DNA of 64,000 nucleotides from Leptospiraceae bacterium (GTDB lineage Bacteria; Spirochaetota; Leptospiria; Leptospirales; Leptospiraceae), in assembly GCA_024233865.1 (NCBI GenBank), contig JACKPA010000012.1, positions 64,001 through 128,000 on the forward strand. Reading direction: 5' to 3'. This document shows, piece after piece, positions 9,263 through 17,760 of this stretch. Every line of letters begins with the position of its first letter. Position 1 is the first letter of the stretch. The notes below the pieces were generated by a model. The model did not search any database. It was not told the DNA's origin and saw only the letters and a program-made list of their open reading frames with translations. The position numbers and the translations under genes are program-made.

Positions 9263-10639
9263 CTAAAAAACAAAATAGATAAATGGTTTTGTATCTCCAC
9301 TTAGCAATACAGCAACCATGATTACAATTGCAAAAAGCAGTCCGTTGTACCAAGTAAATCTTTTTCCTAAAACCTTTTCTATAGAATCGCCATAGCACCA
9401 ACCCAATAAATGGGCAATAACCATAAAAAAGATCACATAAAAAAGCCTCATACTCAAAAAATAATTACAATCTACTCCCACTCTCCTATCAAACAAGCCA
9501 GAAAAAAGGGAATAGGCTACTTGAAAATTTTCAGCTCGGAAAAATACCCACAAAAGGCAAACCATACACACCACAAATACAGCATACAAAACACGAAACA
9601 ATTTTGACAAAATAAGCAGTATGGTTCGACTCCGCTCACCAACCAAGTTAAGGAAGCAGTTATGGACATTGAGCGTAGTCGAAATGTTCATAAAAGATCG
9701 CTCTATTGTCAAAAACAAGCCATGCATTCCACCCCAAAAAATAAATGTCCAATTTGCTCCATGCCACAAACCACCTAATAACATCGTAAAAAGCAAATTT
9801 CGATAAGTTCTAAATTCTCCTCTGTGGTTTCCACCTAAAGATATATACAAGTATTCACGCAACCAAGAAGACAGAGAAATGTGCCACCTATTCCAAAAAT
9901 CCCTAAAACTAGTAGCCATATAAGGCAAACGAAAATTCTCCGGTAATTGAAACCCTAACAGAAAAGCAACTCCTACAGCAATATCTGAATATCCACTAAA
10001 ATCACAATAAATCTGAATGGAATAGGCAATAACACCTAACAAAACAAAACTCCAAGAGACTATGGTTGAATTTGCAAATACTATATCGGAGATAATCGCA
10101 ATATTATCAGCAATAACCGACTTTTTGATATAGCCCAACAAAATATAATAAAGAGATAATTTCAGGGGTATTTCAGATATTGTTTTGATTGGTTTAATTT
10201 TAAATTGAGGCAGTAATTCCTTTGCTTTTACAATCGGACCCGCAACCAATTGTGGGAAAAAAGATAAAAATAAAGCGTAATTTAAAAAGCTATTTTCCGG
10301 CTTGATTTCACTTCTATAAACATCAATAGTATAGCTCAAAGATTGGAACGTATAAAAAGATATACCTACAGGCAATACGGTATTTACGAGCTGATAAGAA
10401 ATACCCAAACCTATAACATTTGCAAATTGAATAAAACTACCTATGAAAAAGTTATAGTATTTAAAAACACAAAGAATCCCTAAATCAATAGAAATAGAAA
10501 TGGAAAGCAACCATTTTTGGTTAAGAGGTTTCTCGCAATAAATTTTTTTTGCGAGAAAAAAATCTGAAAGGGTAGTAAACAAAATAAGAAAAATAAATCG
10601 AACATCCCAAGCGGCATAAAACAAATAGCTGCAAATCAA
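9263..10639 (-). CDS. MBOAT-family membrane O-acyltransferase (AlgI/DltB-like)
   Basis: Polytopic protein. Conserved WHISLSSWLREYLYISLGG and WHGANW histidine motifs. Confidence 0.8.
   Translation of the reverse strand: MICSYLFYAAWDVRFIFLILFTTLSDFFLAKKIYCEKPLNQKWLLSISISIDLGILCVFKYYNFFIGSFIQFANVIGLGISYQLVNTVLPVGISFYTFQSLSYTIDVYRSEIKPENSFLNYALFLSFFPQLVAGPIVKAKELLPQFKIKPIKTISEIPLKLSLYYILLGYIKKSVIADNIAIISDIVFANSTIVSWSFVLLGVIAYSIQIYCDFSGYSDIAVGVAFLLGFQLPENFRLPYMATSFRDFWNRWHISLSSWLREYLYISLGGNHRGEFRTYRNLLFTMLLGGLWHGANWTFIFWGGMHGLFLTIERSFMNISTTLNVHNCFLNLVGERSRTILLILSKLFRVLYAVFVVCMVCLLWVFFRAENFQVAYSLFSGLFDRRVGVDCNYFLSMRLFYVIFFMVIAHLLGWCYGDSIEKVLGKRFTWYNGLLFAIVIMVAVLLSGDTKPFIYFVF
9621..9685. repeat. 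R1 palindromic element copy (GGTTCGACTcCGCTCACC ... TGAGCGTAGTCGAA) inside the MBOAT CDS
   Basis: Left and right arms match the intergenic copies at 30975-31028 and 41010-41092. Read in-frame as ..ISTTLNVHNCFLNLVGERSRTI.. Confidence 0.5.
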
Positions 10640-11027
10640 TAAAAAAACATTTGTTAGATTAATTTTTGTTTGTATCCAAATGCTCGTTTCTAAATAAGAA
10701 ACAAACCATCTAATAACAAAAACTAAGACAAAAAAAAAAGAAATTCCGGTGAAGAAAAGTTCATATCTAAATAACGATTTTTGGGCAGTTAATACTCACG
10801 TCTATACAAATTTTATTTTTCACCACATATAAAAGTCTGTTATTACAAGTAGTTTCGATATGCTAGCTTCGAAATCGCACTGCTCAACGACCGTTAAATC
10901 AAAAAACCACTTTGTGCTGAGAGTATGCTCTATCTTAAAAACTCTACTTAATGACCGTTCTATGGCATACGACAAAATGATTAAAATCAATCAAATTTTC
11001 AAAGCAACCAAATTGATTAATTTTAAT

Positions 11028-11279
11028 CTAAACAGAAAATTTACATTTAACACCGCAATGAGGGCATATACACATTACTTCTGCTTTTACAGTTCTACCC
11101 TTTGAAGTTTCAACCTTTCCAATGGCAACAAACTCAAAATCAACTCCTTCGGGAACATAATGCCCTTTCCCATATTTAGCACTTCCTTCTATAAACCCCG
11201 AACAAGCGTGGCATTTCACTTTAATTTTTAAAACATCAGCCATAACATCTCTCCTATAAGTGAACCAAAATACTGACAA
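11028..11279 (-). CDS. Small Cys-rich (CxxC...CxxC) zinc-ribbon-like protein
   Basis: CHACSG...CPHCGVKC. Probable start at internal MADVLKIK. Confidence 0.3.
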   Translation of the reverse strand: MSVFWFTYRRDVMADVLKIKVKCHACSGFIEGSAKYGKGHYVPEGVDFEFVAIGKVETSKGRTVKAEVMCICPHCGVKCKFSV

Positions 11280-11431
11280 ATAGTCATGCTTATAATTGTT
11301 TACACATATGACTATTTGTCAGTATTGCACGTCTCTTTTACTAAGCATATTATTTGTAAATTCATAAAATGGATTTGTAAGATAAACACAAATGAGGACT
11401 TTACCCAATTTCTTCATGTAATTACCCTACA

Positions 11432-11818
11432 CTACTTTTCAGATTTTGATTTAATCCCAGAATTTATAACTACCGTTGAAGATTCTATCTTCCTTTTTCT
11501 TTCTCCAGAAGGCTTTTTTATGTTTGCAGGCTCTGGTGAATCAGGAATATATACGTGTTTATTAACGCCTTGCTTTTCGTTTCTCTTAACCATATATATA
11601 AAATGTTTTACATATTGTGTGTACGGTTCCGGAATCTCTTTTGGCTCAAAATCCAAAGGCTTCTCCAATAAACTATTCACAACAAGCATATTAAGATCTT
11701 CTTTGCTCGTTAAAATTAGGCTTTCCAACCTTTTGCATATCTCATGATCATTAACTTCATTGCTCAATCTCTTCATTGCTTCTAATAATTTTTTGAACGC
11801 TGGTTGGTTTGTATTCAT
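11432..11818 (-). CDS. Hypothetical protein
   Basis: ORF co-directional with the regulator cluster. No recognised motif. Confidence 0.3.
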   Translation of the reverse strand: MNTNQPAFKKLLEAMKRLSNEVNDHEICKRLESLILTSKEDLNMLVVNSLLEKPLDFEPKEIPEPYTQYVKHFIYMVKRNEKQGVNKHVYIPDSPEPANIKKPSGERKRKIESSTVVINSGIKSKSEK

Positions 11819-11849
11819 TTTCTACCTCTCTTACAGATTTAAAAATATA

Positions 11850-12881
11850 TTATATTAATCTTCTTGCCCTATACTTCCATTCCCAAAGCATTATCTCATC
11901 TTCTATATTAACGGCTTGCTCCTGATATTTTTCAAGCAAAGCATAAACCATAGAAGCTACCTCTTTAGAAAACCCTTTCTCAAGTTCTTTTTCAAATTGT
12001 TCTTCATCTTGATCTATTATCATGATCGCAAGACGAAAGACTTCATCTAAGCTTTTTAACTTTTCTAATTCAATGGAAGAGCTATTTTTTTGAGCTTCAT
12101 CTTTAATCATCACAGACAAAAAGGTTCTAATAAATATAACATCTTCTGATTTTAAATTAAAGTCAAATAATAGTTGCTTTACTTTATCTAACTCCATCTT
12201 CCTCATATGAATCCTAGCAAGGAAAACCGGATTTTCCGAATACATATTTAGATTAGAATTAGAAGAAACCAATTCAGCCGCCCGAGCTTTTTCAGTATCA
12301 ATAATAGGTCTGGCATTATAATCATCATCATTTCGGTGAGCTTTGGACTCTATAACGGTTGATATTTTCTTTTTTAATATCAATATATTCAAACTAGGAT
12401 ACCTTATTTTTAAAGTAACCATATCGGTTCTTTTCAAGTTTTCATCCGCTACAATATGATGAAATTCAAGTCCTCCTTGTTCAACAGCTCCAATGATTTC
12501 TTTTACATCCTCGTAATGATAAATAACTACAGGCAAAACGTCACTTTCCGACCCGGAATTCAAAAATATAGTTTTGATGTCTCTAGAACCACCGTGCTGA
12601 TATGGAATCACTAATTTTCCCGATTTAACATTCACAAAACTAAGTTCCCCCAATCTAAAATGGGATAAATTAAAATCGTCCCCCAAAAAAACTACTCTAG
12701 GAACTGTCACTATAATCGAATTATTTTTTGCTCCTTTAGGGATTTCAGGACCTTTAGGAGTGAACACAACATAAGTCATTTTATTAAGCCTGACTTTCAC
12801 CAAATAGCCTGCCGGTGTTTTCCTCTCTTCATAAGTAGTTTGCTGTTCTTCATCAATTTCCATATTAAAACTCCAAATCAA
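11850..12881 (-). CDS. Hypothetical protein, co-transcribed with the bEBP-like regulator
   Basis: Overlaps the upstream gene by 17 bp. No recognised motif. Confidence 0.4.
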   Translation of the reverse strand: MIWSFNMEIDEEQQTTYEERKTPAGYLVKVRLNKMTYVVFTPKGPEIPKGAKNNSIIVTVPRVVFLGDDFNLSHFRLGELSFVNVKSGKLVIPYQHGGSRDIKTIFLNSGSESDVLPVVIYHYEDVKEIIGAVEQGGLEFHHIVADENLKRTDMVTLKIRYPSLNILILKKKISTVIESKAHRNDDDYNARPIIDTEKARAAELVSSNSNLNMYSENPVFLARIHMRKMELDKVKQLLFDFNLKSEDVIFIRTFLSVMIKDEAQKNSSSIELEKLKSLDEVFRLAIMIIDQDEEQFEKELEKGFSKEVASMVYALLEKYQEQAVNIEDEIMLWEWKYRARRLI

Positions 12882-14199
12882 ATTGCTTCATCTTATACTG
12901 TAATGATCCTCTTGAGATTCCCAAAGCTTTGGACATTCTCATTTGATTGCCTGCAAAAAGTTTACTGGCAAGAATAATTTTTTGTCTTTCCATATTCTCC
13001 ACACACTTTCTTAAGTTCAAATCCTCATTTGTAAGAGTTATAGGTTGTGGCTCGCAAGTAGAAGCAAGATAGTTTTCATCCAAATCAATTTCACTTCCTT
13101 TAGCTCTTACTATTGAATTTTCCAGCAGTCCCCTAAGCTCTTTTAAATTTTCGGAATAATCATGCTTAGCCAACAAATCCAAAGTCCTATTAGAAAGTTT
13201 CAGACCGGAACGACCATGCAAAAGTTTTAATTCATAAAACATCTTCCGTATTACTTCCAAGAGAACTATTTTATCCAATAAATTTAACTTTGGTAAAAAA
13301 ACAGAATTCTCATTCAAAATATCCCAAAATGGTTGATAGGTATCCACTCTACTTTCATTTCTATCAATAAAAAATAAACTACAAGCTTTTTTTTCTTTCT
13401 GTAAAAATTGATAAAACAAGTTTTGCTGTCCCACGTTAAAGGAATCCACACCGTCAAAAACAATTACTCCATGACGAATCATCTTAGTCCAATTTTCCAA
13501 AGATTTTTCCAACTTTCCAAGCTGTTCCGGTATTGAATTGATAAAAATAAAATCACCGCTATATTCAAATTTTCTGTAAATATATTTAGCCAAAGATTTT
13601 TTGCCGCTGCCATTTCCGCCACCTATCAATAAAACAGGTGGAAAAAAATCGCTATTGATTTTCTCAAAACCACTAGAAAAAGAAACCAATAATTCAATTA
13701 TTCCAAAATCGCTTTTGTCAGAAAACTCAATTGCCTTTTCTCCATCATCATTTTTGTATTTAAGAGAATATATCTGACCGACCCTATTGGCAAACATCCC
13801 TATGAATAAAGACATAATGTCTTTGCATACACCCGTAAACTCAAACAAAACAAACCCTACTACATTGCCTCTTTTAGCAATAATTCTTGAAACCAAAGCA
13901 AAATCCGAATAATTAAAATAAAGCTTAAACTCCTTTGCATAAAATATCAAAGGAAGAATTGAAGCTTCCACTTTCTCCAAATGCCCCCCCCCCCTCGATA
14001 AAAACCCATAATAAAAACCATCTTGCCCATAACCGGAAATGGCACATTCAATAAAATAATCTTTACCAACTGGTGCAAGAGCTATAGTCCCACAATTTGC
14101 TCCTACTGCATTCACAATTTGCTCAAAAACTAAAGACAATTCATTCTCTAAGCTTTCAGGAGTAAGGTTCTCATTGAACAATAAGTTATACAATATCAA
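12865..14199 (-). CDS. Degenerate sigma-54-activator-like (AAA+ central domain) regulator with C-terminal Fis-type HTH
   Basis: Walker-A-like GGGNGSGKKSLA. Central-domain remnants IVFDGVDSF..QQNLFYQFLQ, VFLPKLN.LDKIVLL and ENLKELRGLLENSI. C-terminal HTH MRMSKALGISRGSLQYKMKQF. No GAFTGA seen. The ORF contains a G11 tract. Confidence 0.55.
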   Translation of the reverse strand: MILYNLLFNENLTPESLENELSLVFEQIVNAVGANCGTIALAPVGKDYFIECAISGYGQDGFYYGFLSRGGGHLEKVEASILPLIFYAKEFKLYFNYSDFALVSRIIAKRGNVVGFVLFEFTGVCKDIMSLFIGMFANRVGQIYSLKYKNDDGEKAIEFSDKSDFGIIELLVSFSSGFEKINSDFFPPVLLIGGGNGSGKKSLAKYIYRKFEYSGDFIFINSIPEQLGKLEKSLENWTKMIRHGVIVFDGVDSFNVGQQNLFYQFLQKEKKACSLFFIDRNESRVDTYQPFWDILNENSVFLPKLNLLDKIVLLEVIRKMFYELKLLHGRSGLKLSNRTLDLLAKHDYSENLKELRGLLENSIVRAKGSEIDLDENYLASTCEPQPITLTNEDLNLRKCVENMERQKIILASKLFAGNQMRMSKALGISRGSLQYKMKQFDLEF

Positions 14200-14392
14200 C
14201 CACCAATAAAACTGCTACAACCTAGTTCAGTGTCGGACATCCGACAAAATATTCTTATAGACTAGAATATTCATCCCTTAGTAAGAATCACGCAAAAAAT
14301 ATAAAAATAAATTAAAAGTATTGATTTATTACAAGCTAAATATTTTAAACTCAAAATAGATTATTTTATAAAAAAATAACGAAATCTTTCCT

Positions 14393-15148
14393 ATGATTAT
14401 TGTATCGATAGCCAACCAAAAAGGTGGAGAGGGCAAAACAACCACTTCAATAAATCTAGCTGATGGAATAGCTAGAAGAAATAAGAGAACTTTGTTAATT
14501 GATATGGATCCACAAGCAAATTCGACCGGTATATTTTTAAATTCCGATCAAATAGAAAAATCAATGTACCATGTTTTTAATTCTTTTGCACCTGTAAAAG
14601 AAATTATCCACAAAACCAAAGTCGAAAATCTTGATATCGCTCCTTCTGAGCTAAAATTGGCCGAAATGGAAACAAGGAGTTCTAATACGGTAGAAGCTCC
14701 TTATATACTGAAAGACGCTTTGAGCAACCTAAATAATGAGTATGACATCTGCATAATCGATTGTCCTCCTAGTTTATCCATCTTTACCATCAATGCTTTG
14801 GTTGCTTCCAATTATATAATCATTCCTTTACAGGCAGAAAAGTTTTCGATTGATGGCATAATAGGACTACAAGGCACTGTTGATAATATAAAAAAGAGAA
14901 TCAATCCTCAACTACAGATTCTAGGAGCACTTATTACCCAATTAAAACCCCAGACATTATTAACAAAAACAATCGTACCAGTAATTGTAAAGTTTTTTAG
15001 GTTGTTTGATACAACAATTTCAGACGGTGTATCTGTTGGAGAAAGCAATATGGCAAGAAGTTCTGTTTACACCTATAATAAAAAAAGCAAACAAGCGCAG
15101 GAATATGAAAACTTTACAGAGGAAGTTTTAAATGAGCTCGAAAAGTAA
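14393..15148 (+). CDS. parA: ParA/Soj partition ATPase
   Basis: Deviant Walker A NQKGGEGKTTTS; 251 aa. Overlaps parB by 17 bp. Confidence 0.9.
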   Translation: MIIVSIANQKGGEGKTTTSINLADGIARRNKRTLLIDMDPQANSTGIFLNSDQIEKSMYHVFNSFAPVKEIIHKTKVENLDIAPSELKLAEMETRSSNTVEAPYILKDALSNLNNEYDICIIDCPPSLSIFTINALVASNYIIIPLQAEKFSIDGIIGLQGTVDNIKKRINPQLQILGALITQLKPQTLLTKTIVPVIVKFFRLFDTTISDGVSVGESNMARSSVYTYNKKSKQAQEYENFTEEVLNELEK

Positions 15149-15980
15149 AAGATTAGGGACTCTTGTTGATATATTTCAAGCAGAAACATTAGAAGGCTCT
15201 ATAAAAAAAATTAAAATAGACTCAATACAACCCTCTGATACTCAACCTAGAATAGATAGAAGGAAAGCAGTCGATGAATTAGCAGAAAGTCTAAAACAAA
15301 ATGGACTTCTGCAACCAATTCTAATAACAAAAAGAGATGGTGAAAGTAATTACAGAATTATAGCAGGAGAGAGAAGATATCATGCTGCCAAATCATTAGG
15401 GTGGACAGAATTAGAATGTAAAATATTAAATAAAACAGAAAAAGAAACCTACAAACTAGCCATTATAGAGAACTTACAAAGAGAAAACCTTACTCCCTAT
15501 GAAGAAACAGAAGCCATTGCATTTTTAAAAAGCAACTACCATTATACAGATCTGGAATTAGCAGAAATCTTCGGAAAAAGCCGAAGTTATATGACTGAAA
15601 TATTAAGCATCTCCACACTAAATAAAGATGAGATGCAAATTTGCAAAGAAAACGGTATAGGTACAAAAAACCTTCTTGTTCAGGCTGCACAAGCCTCTAA
15701 AAAAGGAGATTTCACTGAATTCATAGAGCAAATAAAAAATAAAGAAATCAAAACAGTTAAAGACGCAAAAAAATTTAATAAAAAGATAACCATTGAAAGC
15801 GATAACACTTTAAACGATGCTATCCCCCTCAATACCCCCAATGAAAACCACCAAGAAACCAAAAGTAATTATACAATAACAAAAGATTCCAATCAAATAA
15901 TTATACAAGTCAGCAATCATGAGCTTATCAATAAAATCTATGAGTTTATAAGCCAAGAATTAGCAAATCTTCAGCTATAA
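15132..15980 (+). CDS. parB: ParB/Spo0J partition protein
   Basis: ParB box IIAGERRYHAAKSLGW. The N-terminal ParB/Srx fold is followed by a divergent C-terminus. Confidence 0.85.
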   Translation: MSSKSKRLGTLVDIFQAETLEGSIKKIKIDSIQPSDTQPRIDRRKAVDELAESLKQNGLLQPILITKRDGESNYRIIAGERRYHAAKSLGWTELECKILNKTEKETYKLAIIENLQRENLTPYEETEAIAFLKSNYHYTDLELAEIFGKSRSYMTEILSISTLNKDEMQICKENGIGTKNLLVQAAQASKKGDFTEFIEQIKNKEIKTVKDAKKFNKKITIESDNTLNDAIPLNTPNENHQETKSNYTITKDSNQIIIQVSNHELINKIYEFISQELANLQL

Positions 15981-16115
15981 ATATACTATGATTAGATTCA
16001 CTTGATTTTAAAGGATTTTCTGCATTTCATATCTACAAACCAATCCGCGTTGTGTATAGTATCGCTCATTAGTTTATTCCAAATCACCTTAATCAAAATC
16101 GAAGGAATATTCATT

Positions 16116-16192
16116 CCTGTTGATTAAATTTAATCAACAGGAAATCGATCTTAAAGCACGTGTAATATGATTAAATTTAATCATATTACACG
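16116..16192. promoter_or_regulatory. Two perfect palindromes (26 bp and 34 bp) sharing core TGATTAAATTTAATCA; candidate centromere (parS-like) or iteron/operator
   Basis: Palindrome 1 is CCTGTTGATTAAATTTAATCAACAGG at 16116-16141. Palindrome 2 is CGTGTAATATGATTAAATTTAATCATATTACACG at 16159-16192. Both lie in the 660-bp gap between parB and the Rep-like gene. Confidence 0.5.
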
Positions 16193-16500
16193 CTACATTA
16201 TTTGCGAAAATTATTCGCTGTGATCCATACATCTTCTGTGTTATTAGAGAAAAAAATTCGCATATTCTTGACAGAAACTACCATGGCGAAATAATGAGAC
16301 ATAAGTTATGATATGTCTAGTAAACTTTTACTAAGGGGATTTATGAATAATGAGGCTTTTGTTTCCTTTTTATCAAAAAGATGATTCTTTCACTCGAAAC
16401 ATGATTATAGAAAATTTATATACAGAATCAAGATTATGAACAGCAAAACAATTTTTTATTTCAAATGGAACAAAAAAAATTCGCATAAAACAAAAAAAGT

Positions 16501-16522
16501 CTCCTGGGTGAAAACCCAGGAG
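16501..16522 (-). terminator. Intrinsic-terminator-like hairpin, minus-strand orientation
   Basis: CTCCTGGGT-GAAA-ACCCAGGAG: 9-bp GC-rich stem with a GNRA loop. On the minus strand it is followed by AC plus a T7 run. No annotated minus-strand gene lies upstream. Confidence 0.4.
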
Positions 16523-16550
16523 TCGGAATCTCCCGAGGGAATGTTGTTGG

Positions 16551-17609
16551 ATGAGACATAAATTAACTTATAATCGAAGGGTGTCAATAATTTTTGATTA
16601 TATTTTGCTTAATATTAGTTTTTTTTTATCAAAAGGAGAAGGTATGAGCGAGAATTTTCAGTATTTTAAGTTCATGACTGATATTATAGACTCTGGGACT
16701 TGGGCAAAGCTGTCTTCCGCTGCCAAAAGCTTGTATCCTGTGTTGCTAAAATTTAGTGACCAGACTTTCAAGTATGTATGGCCTAGCACGGAAACCTTGA
16801 TGAGGCTGACCGGCTTCAAAACTAAAAAGTCTGTCATCTTGGCAAAAAAAGAACTTATGAACGTAGGACTTATCCGCACAGTCTCAGGTTCTGGGAGAAC
16901 TAATTCCAGATACTATTTTTCTTTTAATTACGAGGGTTCCAAAATTACACCTCTGGGGGATAAAGAAATATACCGATCAGGTGTATTGAAATCAACCGCA
17001 GAGGCATGTCCGGCTACATCTTTAGGGGATAGCTCAGCAAACCCAAACAATATTAATATAACTATAACCAATAATCCAGGTCAAAAAGCAAAAAATTCGA
17101 GTAATAAAACCAAAAATACTGACAACTATTTTAAAAACAATTTTTCTGAAGATGTATTATCTTATGAATCTTTGCTAGATATTTATGGAATTGAAATATT
17201 AAACTACGCTTATTCCATAGCTCAAAAGAGAAATCTGGAAAATGATATTTCTCACATAAAAGATATCTGCAAAGCTCGTGTTAAAGAAATTAGCTCTACA
17301 CTTGTGGGAGCAAAGCAAACACCAAACAATAACCTCGAAATATCGAGTATATGGTCTAATTTTATTAGATGGACAGAGATTCACTTGACTTCAACATCGA
17401 TTGAAATGATAAAAAATGCAAATATTCTCATTGAAGGACGAACAATTATTGTTCAAGGGGAGTTGAATAAATATTTGCAGCAAGTTATTGTGAAATATTT
17501 TTCTGAAAAAGTTACTCCTAAAATATTTATTTCTTTTAGTAATAATGAAAAGATAAATGGTAAAGCTTTAAATGGTATCGAATTTTCAAAAAACGGACAT
17601 TTTGATTGA
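16551..17609 (+). CDS. Winged-HTH replication-initiator-like / regulatory protein
   Basis: Probable true start at 16644 (ATG preceded by AAAGGAGAAGG). The N-terminal wHTH resembles plasmid/phage Rep N-domains (..SAAKSLYPVLLKFSD..WPSTETLMRLTGFKTKKSVILAKKELMNVGLIRT), followed by a low-complexity linker. Confidence 0.45.
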   Translation: MRHKLTYNRRVSIIFDYILLNISFFLSKGEGMSENFQYFKFMTDIIDSGTWAKLSSAAKSLYPVLLKFSDQTFKYVWPSTETLMRLTGFKTKKSVILAKKELMNVGLIRTVSGSGRTNSRYYFSFNYEGSKITPLGDKEIYRSGVLKSTAEACPATSLGDSSANPNNINITITNNPGQKAKNSSNKTKNTDNYFKNNFSEDVLSYESLLDIYGIEILNYAYSIAQKRNLENDISHIKDICKARVKEISSTLVGAKQTPNNNLEISSIWSNFIRWTEIHLTSTSIEMIKNANILIEGRTIIVQGELNKYLQQVIVKYFSEKVTPKIFISFSNNEKINGKALNGIEFSKNGHFD

Positions 17610-17760
17610 TTTTAATCAAAAGTTAAATTCAGATTTTGATATATTATTCAAAAAATAACTTATAAATTTAATTGTAAATTGAATGATAAATCCATTATTG
17701 TAATATTTATAAAGGGTAAAACACAAAAAGATTCAAGAAAATCATTAAAAAGAGAGTACA

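Noticed and set aside
9621-9640. tRNA-like T-arm/3' end (GGTTCGACTCCGCTCACCAACCA) suggesting a tRNA gene or fragment
   Set aside because: No D-arm/anticodon stem or complementary acceptor stem upstream. The sequence is the arm of the R1 repeat family, which recurs elsewhere. No bona fide tRNA found in the window by eye.
12865-14199. Calling this a bona fide sigma-54 enhancer-binding protein
   Set aside because: The central AAA+ remnants and the Fis-type HTH are recognisable, but no GAFTGA loop is evident and Walker motifs are degenerate. Described only as bEBP-like.
16658-16879. 73-aa minus-strand ORF that would be the gene terminated by the 16501-16522 hairpin
   Set aside because: It lies antisense to the N-terminus of the better-supported Rep-like gene and lacks an RBS. 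The hairpin is instead reported as an orphan terminator / possible sRNA end.
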